This document shows positions 28,845-38,095 of a DNA stretch of 44,940 bases, one piece after another. The stretch is from positions 1-44,940 of the forward strand of contig JBGSUI010000111.1 of the NCBI GenBank assembly GCA_041736175.1, given 5' to 3'. Source of the DNA: Oligoflexales bacterium (lineage in GTDB: Bacteria; Bdellovibrionota_B; Oligoflexia; Oligoflexales; CAIYRB01). Every line of letters starts with the position of its first letter. The stretch's first letter is position 1. The notes beneath the pieces were generated by a model. The model made no database searches. It worked only from the letters and a program-made list of their open reading frames with translations, and had not been told where the DNA came from. The translations under genes were made by a program, and so were the position numbers.

Positions 28845-31800
28845 TTACTGGATGTTTCCCAAGGAGGCTATCTTACCAAATGCCATCGCCCCCTCGATTT
28901 GGAGTCCTCCCAGGGCCGTGAGCCCCTGGAGCACCCCGAGGTCGCTGCGCAAGACTTGCTCGTCAGCTTTTTGGACCTCGGAGCTGGTGGTCAAACCAGC
29001 CTGCCAGGACCCTTGCACCGCTTTTTGGGCCTTCAGAGCAGCCTCCCTAAGGGATAAGGCAGACCTGAGGACATCGAGGGCCTGGGACCACCGGACCTGG
29101 TAGGAGGCGCGGATATCCTTAAAGTTAGAGTCGAGTTCCTGCCGCTGGGCGGCGAGTTCGAGCCTTTGCCGGGTGGCGTCTGCCACTTGGCGGTGACGGG
29201 TTCCTCCGTCGAGGAGAGTCCATTGGAGTTCGACAGCGGCGATATGTTGGGGGTCTTGGTTGGGGTTGCCTTCAAACCATTGGCTTGACCGACTGAGACT
29301 GAGGCCGACGGTTGGATAAAAGGCTGCATCCTGGGTCTTAGCCGTGGCCTCAAGCACTTTTTCAGCTTGCTGTAAGGATTCGACGCTTTTGATCCCTAAA
29401 CTATCTTGGACGCCCATCCCAGCCAGTGGCGGAAATCGCGGATGTCCTGGGGGAACAGGACCCGTCAGCTTAAACTTCCGGGCCAAGGCCATATAAAGCT
29501 GCTTTTCCCGAGCCACCGCCTGATGCATTTCGAGGCGGCTTTGTTGGTAGGAAGCCTCTGCCTGGGTCAGGTCGATCGTCGCGAGAGTTCCCGCCGTTAC
29601 GCGATCCTTGATAAGATTCATCCGCCGGAGAGCGACTTGGGAGGCTCGGGTTAAAATCTCGGCGAGGGACCGTGCCGCTGAGTATTCCAAGAGGACTTGG
29701 GAATGCTGCAAAAAACGAGCTTCCTTTAGGGCTCCCGTCTGGATCTCTTTTTGGGCTAGGACCGCTTTGGCTAGGTCTAAGCCGACGATGGCCTGGGTGT
29801 TGTAGAGGGGAATTTTGGCGCCTATAGTCACCTGATCTTGTTGTTTAGGGATGATCACCGTGTTGGTTTGGATCGGGCCTCCTAAGGTGTCAGGAAGGGG
29901 AAGGGTGATCGCCTGGGTAAACCCTGGTTGAGCCCATTGGCGGCCCGCTGTCACCTGGACACCACCCGCAAAGGCAAGTCGTGAGCTGAGGGTCGCCGCA
30001 TCGGAGGTGACTTGGAGGGCTTCTAGCTTGAGGACTTCGCTGCCAGTAGGATCCACATAGTTAAGGACTTGTTTGGTGAAGGAGGCTGGCATCTCACCTA
30101 AAAGTTGAAAGGCCTCGTTGATTTCAGGCACGGGGGCTTGAGCCCGGCTTTCACCCCCTCGACCGCCTACCAACACAAAACAAATAAGTGTTGAGGCTAT
30201 TTTTTTGGTGTTATAATCTAAGTCAGGCGCCTCCTTGCCTTTCCTGCGGCGTTGCTGCCAGGAGCGGATCTTTCCGATAAACCCAAAGATAGCGGGGACC
30301 ACCACCAGGGTCAGAAAGGTCGAAGAGAGGACGCCGCCGATGATGGCGATCGCCATGGGGCTGCGAAACTCCGAGCCACCACCGCGCATCAAGGCTGTTG
30401 GGATCATCCCGGCGACCATGGCGGCGGAGGTCATAAAAATAGGACGGCAGCGCTCTCGGACACTTGCTGAGACCGCCTCGCTTAGGGAAACCCGTTTTTC
30501 CCATTGGCCGATGGCGTCCACGAGGAGGATGCCGTTTTTTGCCGCAAGACCCATCACAAAAATCATGCCAATGATAGATCCCATGGCGAGGCCATGGCCC
30601 GAAAGGGCTAGGGCATAAAAGGCACCTACGGTCGCCAGGGGAAGGGATAATATGATCACAAAGGGTCGCAGCAGGTTTTCAAACTGGGCCGCTAGCACCA
30701 CAAAGATGCAGAACACGGCCCCTAGGAGTGCGATCATAAAATTTTCGATCATCTCCTCAAACATCTCGGCATCTCCGGCGATGGCTCCCGAGTTTGGTGG
30801 GGAGATCCCGGCGATGACTTCCTTCTTAATCTGGTCGAGGATCTGATCTAAAGGGCGCGTTCGGTCTAGGGTTGCCCAAAGAATCATGGCACGGCTTCGC
30901 TGCTCCCGATCGATCGCCGTCGCCCGTTGGGTGGTTTTTTGTTGGACCAGAGGAAACAGCGGTACGAGGCCTTTGGGTCCAGGAATCAACAAATAAGAGT
31001 TTAGCGATTCGAGATTGCGATCCTCCTCGCGCATCCGCACCACAAAAGGGATATTGTCATCCCCGACATTTCCCGCATCTAGACCGGTCAGGGCAAGACG
31101 CCCCGAAAGCTCAACGGCCTCGGACGAGGTTCCTCGGTAGGCCAGCTCGGTCCGGTCGATCACCACATCGAGGGCGGGACCAAAGGAGCCGGTGTCGATT
31201 CTTGCATTGGCTATGCCCGGAATAGCGAGCAGACGCTCACGGGCTTTTTGGGCCTCCAGGTCAAGCTGGACCAGATCGCTGCCATAGATGGTGAGCATCA
31301 CGGGAGCCTGCATCCCGGCGCCCTCAAAAGGCGGAGGGTCGAGGATCAGCCAGTCGGCTTCGAGACCTTTGAGCCGTCCCAGAGCTTCTTGGATCAGATC
31401 CAGGAGCCCCCGTTGGCGGAGGGTTTTATGGACAAACATCACCCTGATATCGGCGGTGTTGGCAGCGTTTTTTCCGCCCTCCCTGGCAAAAACATCGGTC
31501 ATCCCTTCGAGACCTTGCAGTCTTTTGGCGGCATCGCGGACTGTTCTTTGAAACTCCGCCCGGGTGGTCCCTGGTTTTGCCTTAAGGGAGAGCACAAACT
31601 GGCCGCGGTCTTCGAAGTTTAAAAAATCCATGCCCTTTTGGCCGATAAGATACACTCCAGACAATAAGATTAGGATCGTTGCGACGGAGACCCAGAAAGG
31701 CCTGGTGAAAGCCCACCGCCCCACTTTTTCAAAGAAGATTTCGAATTTTTCGAGACCACCGCGCCATCTCTGCCAAAAGGCACCTTGCAGCATCGAAGGT

Positions 31801-33263
31801 GTAGCCGCAAATTTAGAGGAGAGCATGGGATCCAAGGTAAAGGCCACCCACATGGAAATCAGCGTTGCTATCACAATCGTAAGCCCAAACTCCCTAAAAA
31901 ATTGCCCCACCATTCCACCCATCAGCGCGACGGGGAGGAACACGGCGACGATGGCCAAGGTCGTCGCTAAGACAGCGGCGGCGACTCGCTCCGTGCCACG
32001 GATGGCGGCGTCAGCTCCGTAGTGCCCCTTTTCCATTTCGGTGTAAATAGCCTCGCGGACTACGACCGCATCATCGATTAAAAGTCCTATGGCTAAGGCG
32101 AGGGCTAAAAGAGTGATCATATTGATGCTAAATCCCATCACATGAAAAAAGATAAAGGTACCCACCACCGCCACCGGCAAAGCCGTCGCTGAGATAAGGG
32201 CGCTTTTAATATCAGTGAGTGCTAGAAAAATAATGATCACTGCAAAAAGACCACCAGCGATTAAGGCGATCCAGACTTCGTGTTCGTTTTCCTTGATCAT
32301 CTCTGATTGGTCGACGATGGGAAACAGACGGATCCCATCAGGCAAAGGATGGTTGGCGAGCCATTTTTTGACGGCAGCCACAGTCGTGACCGTGTTGCCA
32401 TCGGCTCTTTTGGTCACGACGAGGCCAAGGCCCTTGACGCCGTTGATTTCGACGGTTTCAGCGTCTTGGTCGGTGGTCTTGACGACGTCGCCTACGTGGG
32501 AGAGGACGACCCTGCGACCGTCGGGGAGGGCTACCTGGGTCTGCATCCAAAGGTTGGGGTCATCCGCTGCCTGGACCGAGGCCACGTTGGCTGCGACTTT
32601 TTCTCCTTCCACTTGGCCCCAGGGCACCAGCGCCAACCTTTGGCGGATCGCCTGATAGAGGTCGAGGGCACCCATCTGCCTGGCACTGAGTTGTTGGGCA
32701 TTGAGTTGGAATTCTAACCGGTCCTCCCCAATCCCGACAATCGTCGCATCGTTGACCCCTTCGAGCCGTTGCAGGGATTGCAGCACCGTGTCTTTGAGCT
32801 GTTTTCTGGCTTCGACAGCCCCCATTTTAGTCTCGATACCGTAGATCAAAACCGGCGAAGCTCCCACGTCGACACGGCGGACGACGGGGTCTCGGATGTC
32901 TCGGGGCAGCTCGTCTCGGACACCAGCGATCCTTTCTTTGACCGAATCCAGAGCTTCCCGGTCACTGACGGTGAGCCTAAACTCAAAAATCATAAAAGCA
33001 AATCCAGTCCGAGACTGGGCCGTGATCTTTTTTAGGCCTTTAATCCCGGAGGCAGCGGCCTCTAAGGGTTTTACAATCTTTGATTCGATCTGTTCAGGGG
33101 CTGCGCCGGGGTAGGGGACTAGCACGGTGATAAAGGGAAAGGTGACTTGGGGCCAAAGAGCGACGGGGAGGCGCAGCATAAAAAAGAGCCCTACAAAAAA
33201 CAACGCCGCACTTATGATTCCCGCCGTGACGGGTCTCTGTACGGAAAAACGGGCGAGATTCAT
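28845..33263 (-). CDS. AcrB-type (HAE1) RND transporter fused to a C-terminal TolC-like outer membrane factor
   Basis: First ~1000 aa is RND with proton-relay motifs GLLIDDAVVVRE, GLAAKNGILLVD and RPIFMT. Last ~430 aa has OMF motifs (AGTLATIDLTQAE, FYPTVGL, WTLLDGG, AGLTTSSEVQKA). Confidence 0.9.
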   Translation of the reverse strand: MNLARFSVQRPVTAGIISAALFFVGLFFMLRLPVALWPQVTFPFITVLVPYPGAAPEQIESKIVKPLEAAASGIKGLKKITAQSRTGFAFMIFEFRLTVSDREALDSVKERIAGVRDELPRDIRDPVVRRVDVGASPVLIYGIETKMGAVEARKQLKDTVLQSLQRLEGVNDATIVGIGEDRLEFQLNAQQLSARQMGALDLYQAIRQRLALVPWGQVEGEKVAANVASVQAADDPNLWMQTQVALPDGRRVVLSHVGDVVKTTDQDAETVEINGVKGLGLVVTKRADGNTVTTVAAVKKWLANHPLPDGIRLFPIVDQSEMIKENEHEVWIALIAGGLFAVIIIFLALTDIKSALISATALPVAVVGTFIFFHVMGFSINMITLLALALAIGLLIDDAVVVREAIYTEMEKGHYGADAAIRGTERVAAAVLATTLAIVAVFLPVALMGGMVGQFFREFGLTIVIATLISMWVAFTLDPMLSSKFAATPSMLQGAFWQRWRGGLEKFEIFFEKVGRWAFTRPFWVSVATILILLSGVYLIGQKGMDFLNFEDRGQFVLSLKAKPGTTRAEFQRTVRDAAKRLQGLEGMTDVFAREGGKNAANTADIRVMFVHKTLRQRGLLDLIQEALGRLKGLEADWLILDPPPFEGAGMQAPVMLTIYGSDLVQLDLEAQKARERLLAIPGIANARIDTGSFGPALDVVIDRTELAYRGTSSEAVELSGRLALTGLDAGNVGDDNIPFVVRMREEDRNLESLNSYLLIPGPKGLVPLFPLVQQKTTQRATAIDREQRSRAMILWATLDRTRPLDQILDQIKKEVIAGISPPNSGAIAGDAEMFEEMIENFMIALLGAVFCIFVVLAAQFENLLRPFVIILSLPLATVGAFYALALSGHGLAMGSIIGMIFVMGLAAKNGILLVDAIGQWEKRVSLSEAVSASVRERCRPIFMTSAAMVAGMIPTALMRGGGSEFRSPMAIAIIGGVLSSTFLTLVVVPAIFGFIGKIRSWQQRRRKGKEAPDLDYNTKKIASTLICFVLVGGRGGESRAQAPVPEINEAFQLLGEMPASFTKQVLNYVDPTGSEVLKLEALQVTSDAATLSSRLAFAGGVQVTAGRQWAQPGFTQAITLPLPDTLGGPIQTNTVIIPKQQDQVTIGAKIPLYNTQAIVGLDLAKAVLAQKEIQTGALKEARFLQHSQVLLEYSAARSLAEILTRASQVALRRMNLIKDRVTAGTLATIDLTQAEASYQQSRLEMHQAVAREKQLYMALARKFKLTGPVPPGHPRFPPLAGMGVQDSLGIKSVESLQQAEKVLEATAKTQDAAFYPTVGLSLSRSSQWFEGNPNQDPQHIAAVELQWTLLDGGTRHRQVADATRQRLELAAQRQELDSNFKDIRASYQVRWSQALDVLRSALSLREAALKAQKAVQGSWQAGLTTSSEVQKADEQVLRSDLGVLQGLTALGGLQIEGAMAFGKIASLGNIQ

Positions 33264-33268
33264 AGGAG

Positions 33269-33859
33269 CTACCTTATTTTCTCAGATCCAGAACAATTTC
33301 CCTTCTGGATCTGGTTTACGTCCGCCGTCGTTTCCACGTAGCCTAAAAACTGCCCAAACTGAACAAAAAGACCTTTAACCCGTGGCAACCCACGGACCAC
33401 GCCAGCTATTTCCGCTTTAATTTTGGTATCGGCAATCTGGATTTTGAGTCGTTCTACCACGGCCATGGCCTGGGCAACTCCTGCCCGCGCCTGGGCAAGC
33501 CTAAGATTCGACTCTACGACTTGTTGTTTTGATACAGAGTCACCACCCTTTAGGCTTGCCACCCGGTCAAAGGCATCTTTAGCTAGATTTTCCTGAGATC
33601 TTGCCATGAGAAGAGCTGCCTCGGCCTCCTTGAGCCCCACGACGAGGATCCGGTCGTCGAGGGTTAAAATGACGTCGCCAGGGGAGACGGGACTGTTTTC
33701 TGATTTTTCTACCGACGCTAGGATGCCGGACGTGCGGCTGGTGAGTTCTTGGCGTAAAAAGCAGCTTTCAGCCCGCGAAGGATTGGTCCAGAGGATGAGT
33801 ATAAGAGCTCCTCCTAAAATCGGGACTAAAGTCTTTATGGTATAATCGATTCGTTCCAT
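33269..33859 (-). CDS. Short RND periplasmic adaptor (lipoyl plus alpha-hairpin only)
   Basis: AAGGA RBS before ATG 33859. Signal peptide ending SRA. Lipoyl halves (SRTSGIL...PVSPGDVILTLD and IKAEIAGVV...G) around a coiled coil. 196 aa. Confidence 0.8.
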   Translation of the reverse strand: MERIDYTIKTLVPILGGALILILWTNPSRAESCFLRQELTSRTSGILASVEKSENSPVSPGDVILTLDDRILVVGLKEAEAALLMARSQENLAKDAFDRVASLKGGDSVSKQQVVESNLRLAQARAGVAQAMAVVERLKIQIADTKIKAEIAGVVRGLPRVKGLFVQFGQFLGYVETTADVNQIQKGNCSGSEKIR

Positions 33860-33897
33860 ATTGGGTCCTTTTGAATTGAAACAGTCCTTCAGAAAAT

Positions 33898-33924
33898 TTA
33901 TCGGCTTAATGAAGTTAGGCTTTA
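33898..33924 (-). promoter_or_regulatory. sigma28 (FliA) promoter for the adaptor-RND operon
   Basis: Minus strand TAAA-N15-GCCGATAA, the exact consensus, 39 nt upstream of ATG 33859. Confidence 0.8.
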
Positions 33925-33929
33925 GGAGA

Positions 33930-33938
33930 GGGGGGGGG
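33930..33938 (+). repeat. G9 homopolymer between RBS and start codon
   Basis: AGGAGA-GGGGGGGGG-ATG at 33924-33941. Confidence 0.85.
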
Positions 33939-35261
33939 ATGAATCTCATACAGGTTGCTATCCGTAATGTAGGTCGCAACAAGAGACGCAGTTTCATCAC
34001 AATGTTAACCGTATTCCTGGGGGTCGTCGTCTCAACCCTGACCCGGGGGCTTCTCGATGGACTGCAAGGCGAAATCAAGAGCAATCTTACGCGAAAGATG
34101 TACGGAGACCTCCAAGTTCATAGGAAAGGCTATCAAGATACCTTGGAAAGCCAACCCTATAAACTCCTGATACCTCAAAAAATCCAAAATCTAACTTGGG
34201 ATCAAGCCCCAAGGCTCAAGGTGATGGCTTTAGTCAACCACCAAAAAAGCCAGTCAACGACACCGGTCATGATCACAGGAATCGACTCGACCCTGGAAAA
34301 TATCGTTTGCCCTCGATTTATGTCCGCCGTGCAAACAGGAAAGATGCTAGATTCGACTCTTGAACGTGGCCCCGTCTCTTCCACTCCCACCTCCCAGGAA
34401 GCAGAGGATCTAGGAGAAGCCTCCGGCCTTGGGAGCCAACAAGATGATCAATCCTTAAAGGGTGTAGGTCCACGGGCCGAAGGATTTCAGCAGATCCTGC
34501 TGACTCCGAGTCTTGTGCGGGGAATGGGTGCAGAAGTAGGCGATGAAATGATCGTGCTTATCGCAGATAAAGACAATATGCAGCAGGCCATCATCGCCCG
34601 CTTGGTCGGTGTGATCGACTTAGGGATCCCGGGGGCCGCGGCGCGCATGGCCTGGATGGACCTCGCTCAGTTGCAAAAGACTTTAAACGTCCAGGGCCAA
34701 GCTTCCGAAATCGCTATTCGCCTCCCTGTAAGCACAGACCTTAGGGATGGACAAAACCATCTTTTGAGCTACCTAGGTGCGGATCAAATGGTGGAGACTT
34801 GGGAGGAGTTGGGAGGTTTTCTCCGGGACGCAATGGCCTTGCAAAATGTGGTGTTTACCGCAGTGGTTGGCATTATGTTTGCCATTGTGATGGCTGCCAT
34901 CGTCAACACATCTCTGATGACGGTCATGGAGCGAACCCGCGAAATCGGCAGCCTTATGGCTCTAGGATATCGTCGAAAACATATTCTCACTCTTTTTCTG
35001 GTGGAATCTGCAGTCATAGGGGGCCTGGGCGGGGTGCTAGGGCTTATGACTGGAGTCTTCGGAATTGGGATCCTTAATTTTACGGGAATCAGCCTTAAAC
35101 TCCCAGGTCAAGTTATTGCAACGACCCTCTATCCCACCGTGTCTCTAACGTTCTTATGTTTGCTTTTTTCACTGGCAGTGGGTTCTGCCCTATTGGCAGG
35201 CTTTATACCTGCCCACCGCGCCAGTCACCTAAAACCTGTAGATGCTTTGACATCGACTTAA
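33939..35261 (+). CDS. FtsX/LolE-like ABC transporter permease
   Basis: AIRNVGRNKRRSFIT N-terminus, one TM, a large periplasmic domain, ERTREIGSLMALG and LKPVDAL. Confidence 0.92.
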   Translation: MNLIQVAIRNVGRNKRRSFITMLTVFLGVVVSTLTRGLLDGLQGEIKSNLTRKMYGDLQVHRKGYQDTLESQPYKLLIPQKIQNLTWDQAPRLKVMALVNHQKSQSTTPVMITGIDSTLENIVCPRFMSAVQTGKMLDSTLERGPVSSTPTSQEAEDLGEASGLGSQQDDQSLKGVGPRAEGFQQILLTPSLVRGMGAEVGDEMIVLIADKDNMQQAIIARLVGVIDLGIPGAAARMAWMDLAQLQKTLNVQGQASEIAIRLPVSTDLRDGQNHLLSYLGADQMVETWEELGGFLRDAMALQNVVFTAVVGIMFAIVMAAIVNTSLMTVMERTREIGSLMALGYRRKHILTLFLVESAVIGGLGGVLGLMTGVFGIGILNFTGISLKLPGQVIATTLYPTVSLTFLCLLFSLAVGSALLAGFIPAHRASHLKPVDALTST

Positions 35262-35264
35262 CTG

Positions 35265-36014
35265 ATGGAGTCTTTTTCGATGAATCTATCTAGAAGAATC
35301 ATAAACCTGTTTGCAGCTGTCACCCTTAACCTTAACTCAATCCCTATTCTCTTGGCCCAGGATGCTGTGGAAATCATCAAAAAAGTCGAAGAGATGTTGG
35401 GGCCAAAAAATTTAAAGGCCAGCTACAGATTTGTGAACCATCGTCTTGATGGCACCACGTCAGAGTATCAAGTCAACTTTTCCATGCGCGATGCTGAGCG
35501 AAGTCATGTGCAGTTTATTTTTCCAGAAAGGGAAAAAGGCCGCGAAGTCCTTCGACTTGATAATGATATCTGGTCCTTTGTCCCTGGAGTCAGTCGGGTG
35601 GTACGCATCGCTGATCGCGATAGTTTTGCGGGGGGGGATTTCTCAAACGCCGATGTGCTCAGGATTGATTGGCTCAAAAAGTATGTGCCTAAGGTGCTCA
35701 AGGATCTCCCTAATCAGTGGATAATCCAAATGGACGCAAAACCAGCGACCTCAGCACCCTATGCGAAGATGAGGCTTTGGGTCGATAAAAAAACCGGGCA
35801 GCCGGTGCAGCAACATTACTATGATTCCAATGGAACCTTGCTCAAGCGTTGTCTTTATGGCGAAACCAAAAAATTTGCGGTGATCGAGCGGCCAGCGCGC
35901 TTGGTGATGGAAAATGTGATTACCAAACAAAAAAGCGAGCTTACAGTCTTGGATTTTCAAATGATTGCGGGATTTCCAGATAGCCGATTTATGGTCGAAA
36001 ATCTTGGGAAGTAA
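35265..36014 (+). CDS. LolA-like outer membrane lipoprotein-sorting protein
   Basis: Signal peptide. F.FPEREKGREVL, IWSFVP, SFAGGDFSNADV, YAKMRLWVDK and YYDSNGTLLK are typical of the LolA-like/DUF1329 family. Confidence 0.88.
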   Translation: MESFSMNLSRRIINLFAAVTLNLNSIPILLAQDAVEIIKKVEEMLGPKNLKASYRFVNHRLDGTTSEYQVNFSMRDAERSHVQFIFPEREKGREVLRLDNDIWSFVPGVSRVVRIADRDSFAGGDFSNADVLRIDWLKKYVPKVLKDLPNQWIIQMDAKPATSAPYAKMRLWVDKKTGQPVQQHYYDSNGTLLKRCLYGETKKFAVIERPARLVMENVITKQKSELTVLDFQMIAGFPDSRFMVENLGK

Positions 36015-36019
36015 AATTT

Positions 36020-37201
36020 ATGTATCATGACCTTATTTCATGCCGGTTTGTCACCGTCTTTTTAACTCTATTGATCGCTCTTGAGGCCAAGGGTCTGGGC
36101 CAGACGACATCCCCTAAAACACCCTTGCCAGAAGACACAGATCTTGGGGAGGCCACTGGACTAGCACCTGTCAATGACGCCAAAAAAGCCACCATAGCTA
36201 CCCCTGCACCAGAGGAGAGATCCTGGAGCCCGTTAAGGGGGCTTTCGGGACGAGGGTCGCTTATATTTCAGGGGAGATACATCAGAAAACCAAAGGAGAC
36301 CGAGGCCCACCTCAGCGGGCCATTGATCGAAATGGGTTTAGCCAGTGACTATAAACCGACGGAAAAAATAGCTGTGTTTGGGGAAGGGCGACTTTTCTAT
36401 GACCATGATTTACTGGGACATAGGAACCAAGGTTTTCTCGATCAGGGAGGCATACGCCTAAGGCCGGTCGATCAGATGTTGTTTGTGATTGGTAAGGAAC
36501 GAAATCGAAGATCCCCTGGTCTTTTATTGTCCCCCAGTGACTTTTTACATTCATCCCAAAGCCCCCCTGGATTAAGAGAGGACCGCAGTGGGGTGTGGCA
36601 GGTACGGACAAGCCTTCAACTGGAAAACCATTCGATCGATGCCATTCACTTGCCGATCGCTGATGTGGGTTTAAATGGTATGCCAGCAAAGGGTGGAGGG
36701 GGTGGAAATGCCCTGCGTTATTTTGGTCGATTCCCCACAGGTATCGATCTTGGCCTGGAGATGGCCCGTCTTAAAGGTGATCTCCTAGGAGGGGCCTTTA
36801 CCCAAGTCATGATCGCCCAAGTTTATAAGGTCTACCTGGAAGTCGGTGTTGACCGAGAAAAAGCGGCAAACAGCTACCTCCTTGGAACGAGCTACGAAGG
36901 ACTGGCAGATACCCTGGTAAGGTTTGAATACTACGAGTCCGAAGCCGGTTGGTCACAGAAATCACCTTTTTTTCAGGATCATAAATATGCCATCGTGAGT
37001 TTGAGTCTTGCCGAAATCAAAAATGAGTTTAACCTTACGGACACCCTGGTCAAAAGTCTCGAAACCGAGGATTTGGTGCATGTGCTCCGTGGCGAATGGA
37101 TCTTTTCATCTTGGCAAACTGCGGGACTTAGCACCACCCATATCGTCAGGGACCAAGGCTACCAATGGCAAGCCCTCGGGGACTGGAAACTCAGCTTTTA
37201 A
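36020..37201 (+). CDS. Putative outer-membrane beta-barrel
   Basis: Signal peptide, disordered N-terminal extension, amphipathic strands and C-terminal WKLSF. Confidence 0.75.
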   Translation: MYHDLISCRFVTVFLTLLIALEAKGLGQTTSPKTPLPEDTDLGEATGLAPVNDAKKATIATPAPEERSWSPLRGLSGRGSLIFQGRYIRKPKETEAHLSGPLIEMGLASDYKPTEKIAVFGEGRLFYDHDLLGHRNQGFLDQGGIRLRPVDQMLFVIGKERNRRSPGLLLSPSDFLHSSQSPPGLREDRSGVWQVRTSLQLENHSIDAIHLPIADVGLNGMPAKGGGGGNALRYFGRFPTGIDLGLEMARLKGDLLGGAFTQVMIAQVYKVYLEVGVDREKAANSYLLGTSYEGLADTLVRFEYYESEAGWSQKSPFFQDHKYAIVSLSLAEIKNEFNLTDTLVKSLETEDLVHVLRGEWIFSSWQTAGLSTTHIVRDQGYQWQALGDWKLSF

Positions 37202-37211
37202 GGAGATCGCG

Positions 37212-37886
37212 ATGATCAGGCTCGAAAAAATCGGCAAATCATACACGACGGGCAAACTAAAAGTCCCGGTGTTAAACCAGTTGGATTTTAAAGTGACCGA
37301 GGGAGATTTTACCATTATACGCGGACCCTCTGGGTCTGGGAAAAGCACCTTACTCAATCTCCTTGGACTCCTTGATGAACCGACTGAAGGCAACGTTTTT
37401 TTGGACGGGAGATTAGTGAGTTTCCTTGATTTTGACCAACTTGCCGAAGAGCGGTCGCGATCCATCTCCTTTATCTTTCAATCGTTTCATCTAAACCCGG
37501 TGCTGACTGCCGAAGAAAACGTTATGATCCCGCTCCTGATACGCAAAGACATTCCCTTGGACGAACGCGTGCATCGAGTCACCCACTGGGTTGATCAAGT
37601 AGGACTCCGTGACCATCGCCACCAACGCCCCGATGAGCTGTCTGGTGGTCAGAGGCAACGGGTTGCAATCGCCCGCGCCTTAGTCAGCGGTCCTCGCCTT
37701 GTGATTGCCGATGAACCGACTGCCAATCTAGATTCGAAAACATCCCATACGATTTTGCAGCTGATGAGTCAGCTCAACAGGGACAAGGGCATAGCGTTTG
37801 TCTTTGCGACCCATGACCCGACTTTAGATGCCTATGCCCGTACCGAACTCCTTATGAAAGATGGTCACCTAGAACAGGTACGCTGA
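37212..37886 (+). CDS. ABC transporter ATP-binding protein (LolD/MacB-like)
   Basis: Motifs GPSGSGKST, LSGGQRQRVAIARAL, ADEPTANLD, ATHD. AAGGAG RBS before ATG 37212. Confidence 0.95.
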   Translation: MIRLEKIGKSYTTGKLKVPVLNQLDFKVTEGDFTIIRGPSGSGKSTLLNLLGLLDEPTEGNVFLDGRLVSFLDFDQLAEERSRSISFIFQSFHLNPVLTAEENVMIPLLIRKDIPLDERVHRVTHWVDQVGLRDHRHQRPDELSGGQRQRVAIARALVSGPRLVIADEPTANLDSKTSHTILQLMSQLNRDKGIAFVFATHDPTLDAYARTELLMKDGHLEQVR

Positions 37887-37911
37887 AGATACTTGTAGCA
37901 GCTCGTCTACT

Positions 37912-38091
37912 TTAGGAGCGATCAACCCGGCAGACGATACGTCCTTGCCGTGTGACCCTAATGGCAAGATTGATTGGACGGCAGCACACCTGGCAGTCTT
38001 CGATGTAGGATTGCGCACCTGCCGATACATCAACGAAGGTCACAAAACTTTCTCCACACCAGGGACACTGGACTGTCGTTGGTTCTTCCAT
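37912..38091 (-). CDS. CPXCG-motif cysteine-rich small protein (59 aa, absent from ORF track)
   Basis: Manual translation: MEEPTTVQCPWCGESFVTFVDVSAGAQSYIEDCQVCCRPINLAIRVTRQGRIVCRVDRS. CPxCG ... YxEDCxVCCRP is the family signature. Confidence 0.9.
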   Translation of the reverse strand: MEEPTTVQCPWCGESFVTFVDVSAGAQSYIEDCQVCCRPINLAIRVTRQGRIVCRVDRS

Positions 38092-38095
38092 GGGC

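Noticed and set aside
28795..33378. Numerous short ORFs antisense to or nested in the RND gene (likewise within other long genes)
   Set aside because: No RBS or recognisable motifs. These are expected shadows of long coding regions.
33861..34084. Extended N-termini of ORFs 33269..34084 and 33861..35261
   Set aside because: They would overlap head-to-head. RBS, promoter and family N-termini support starts at 33859 and 33939.
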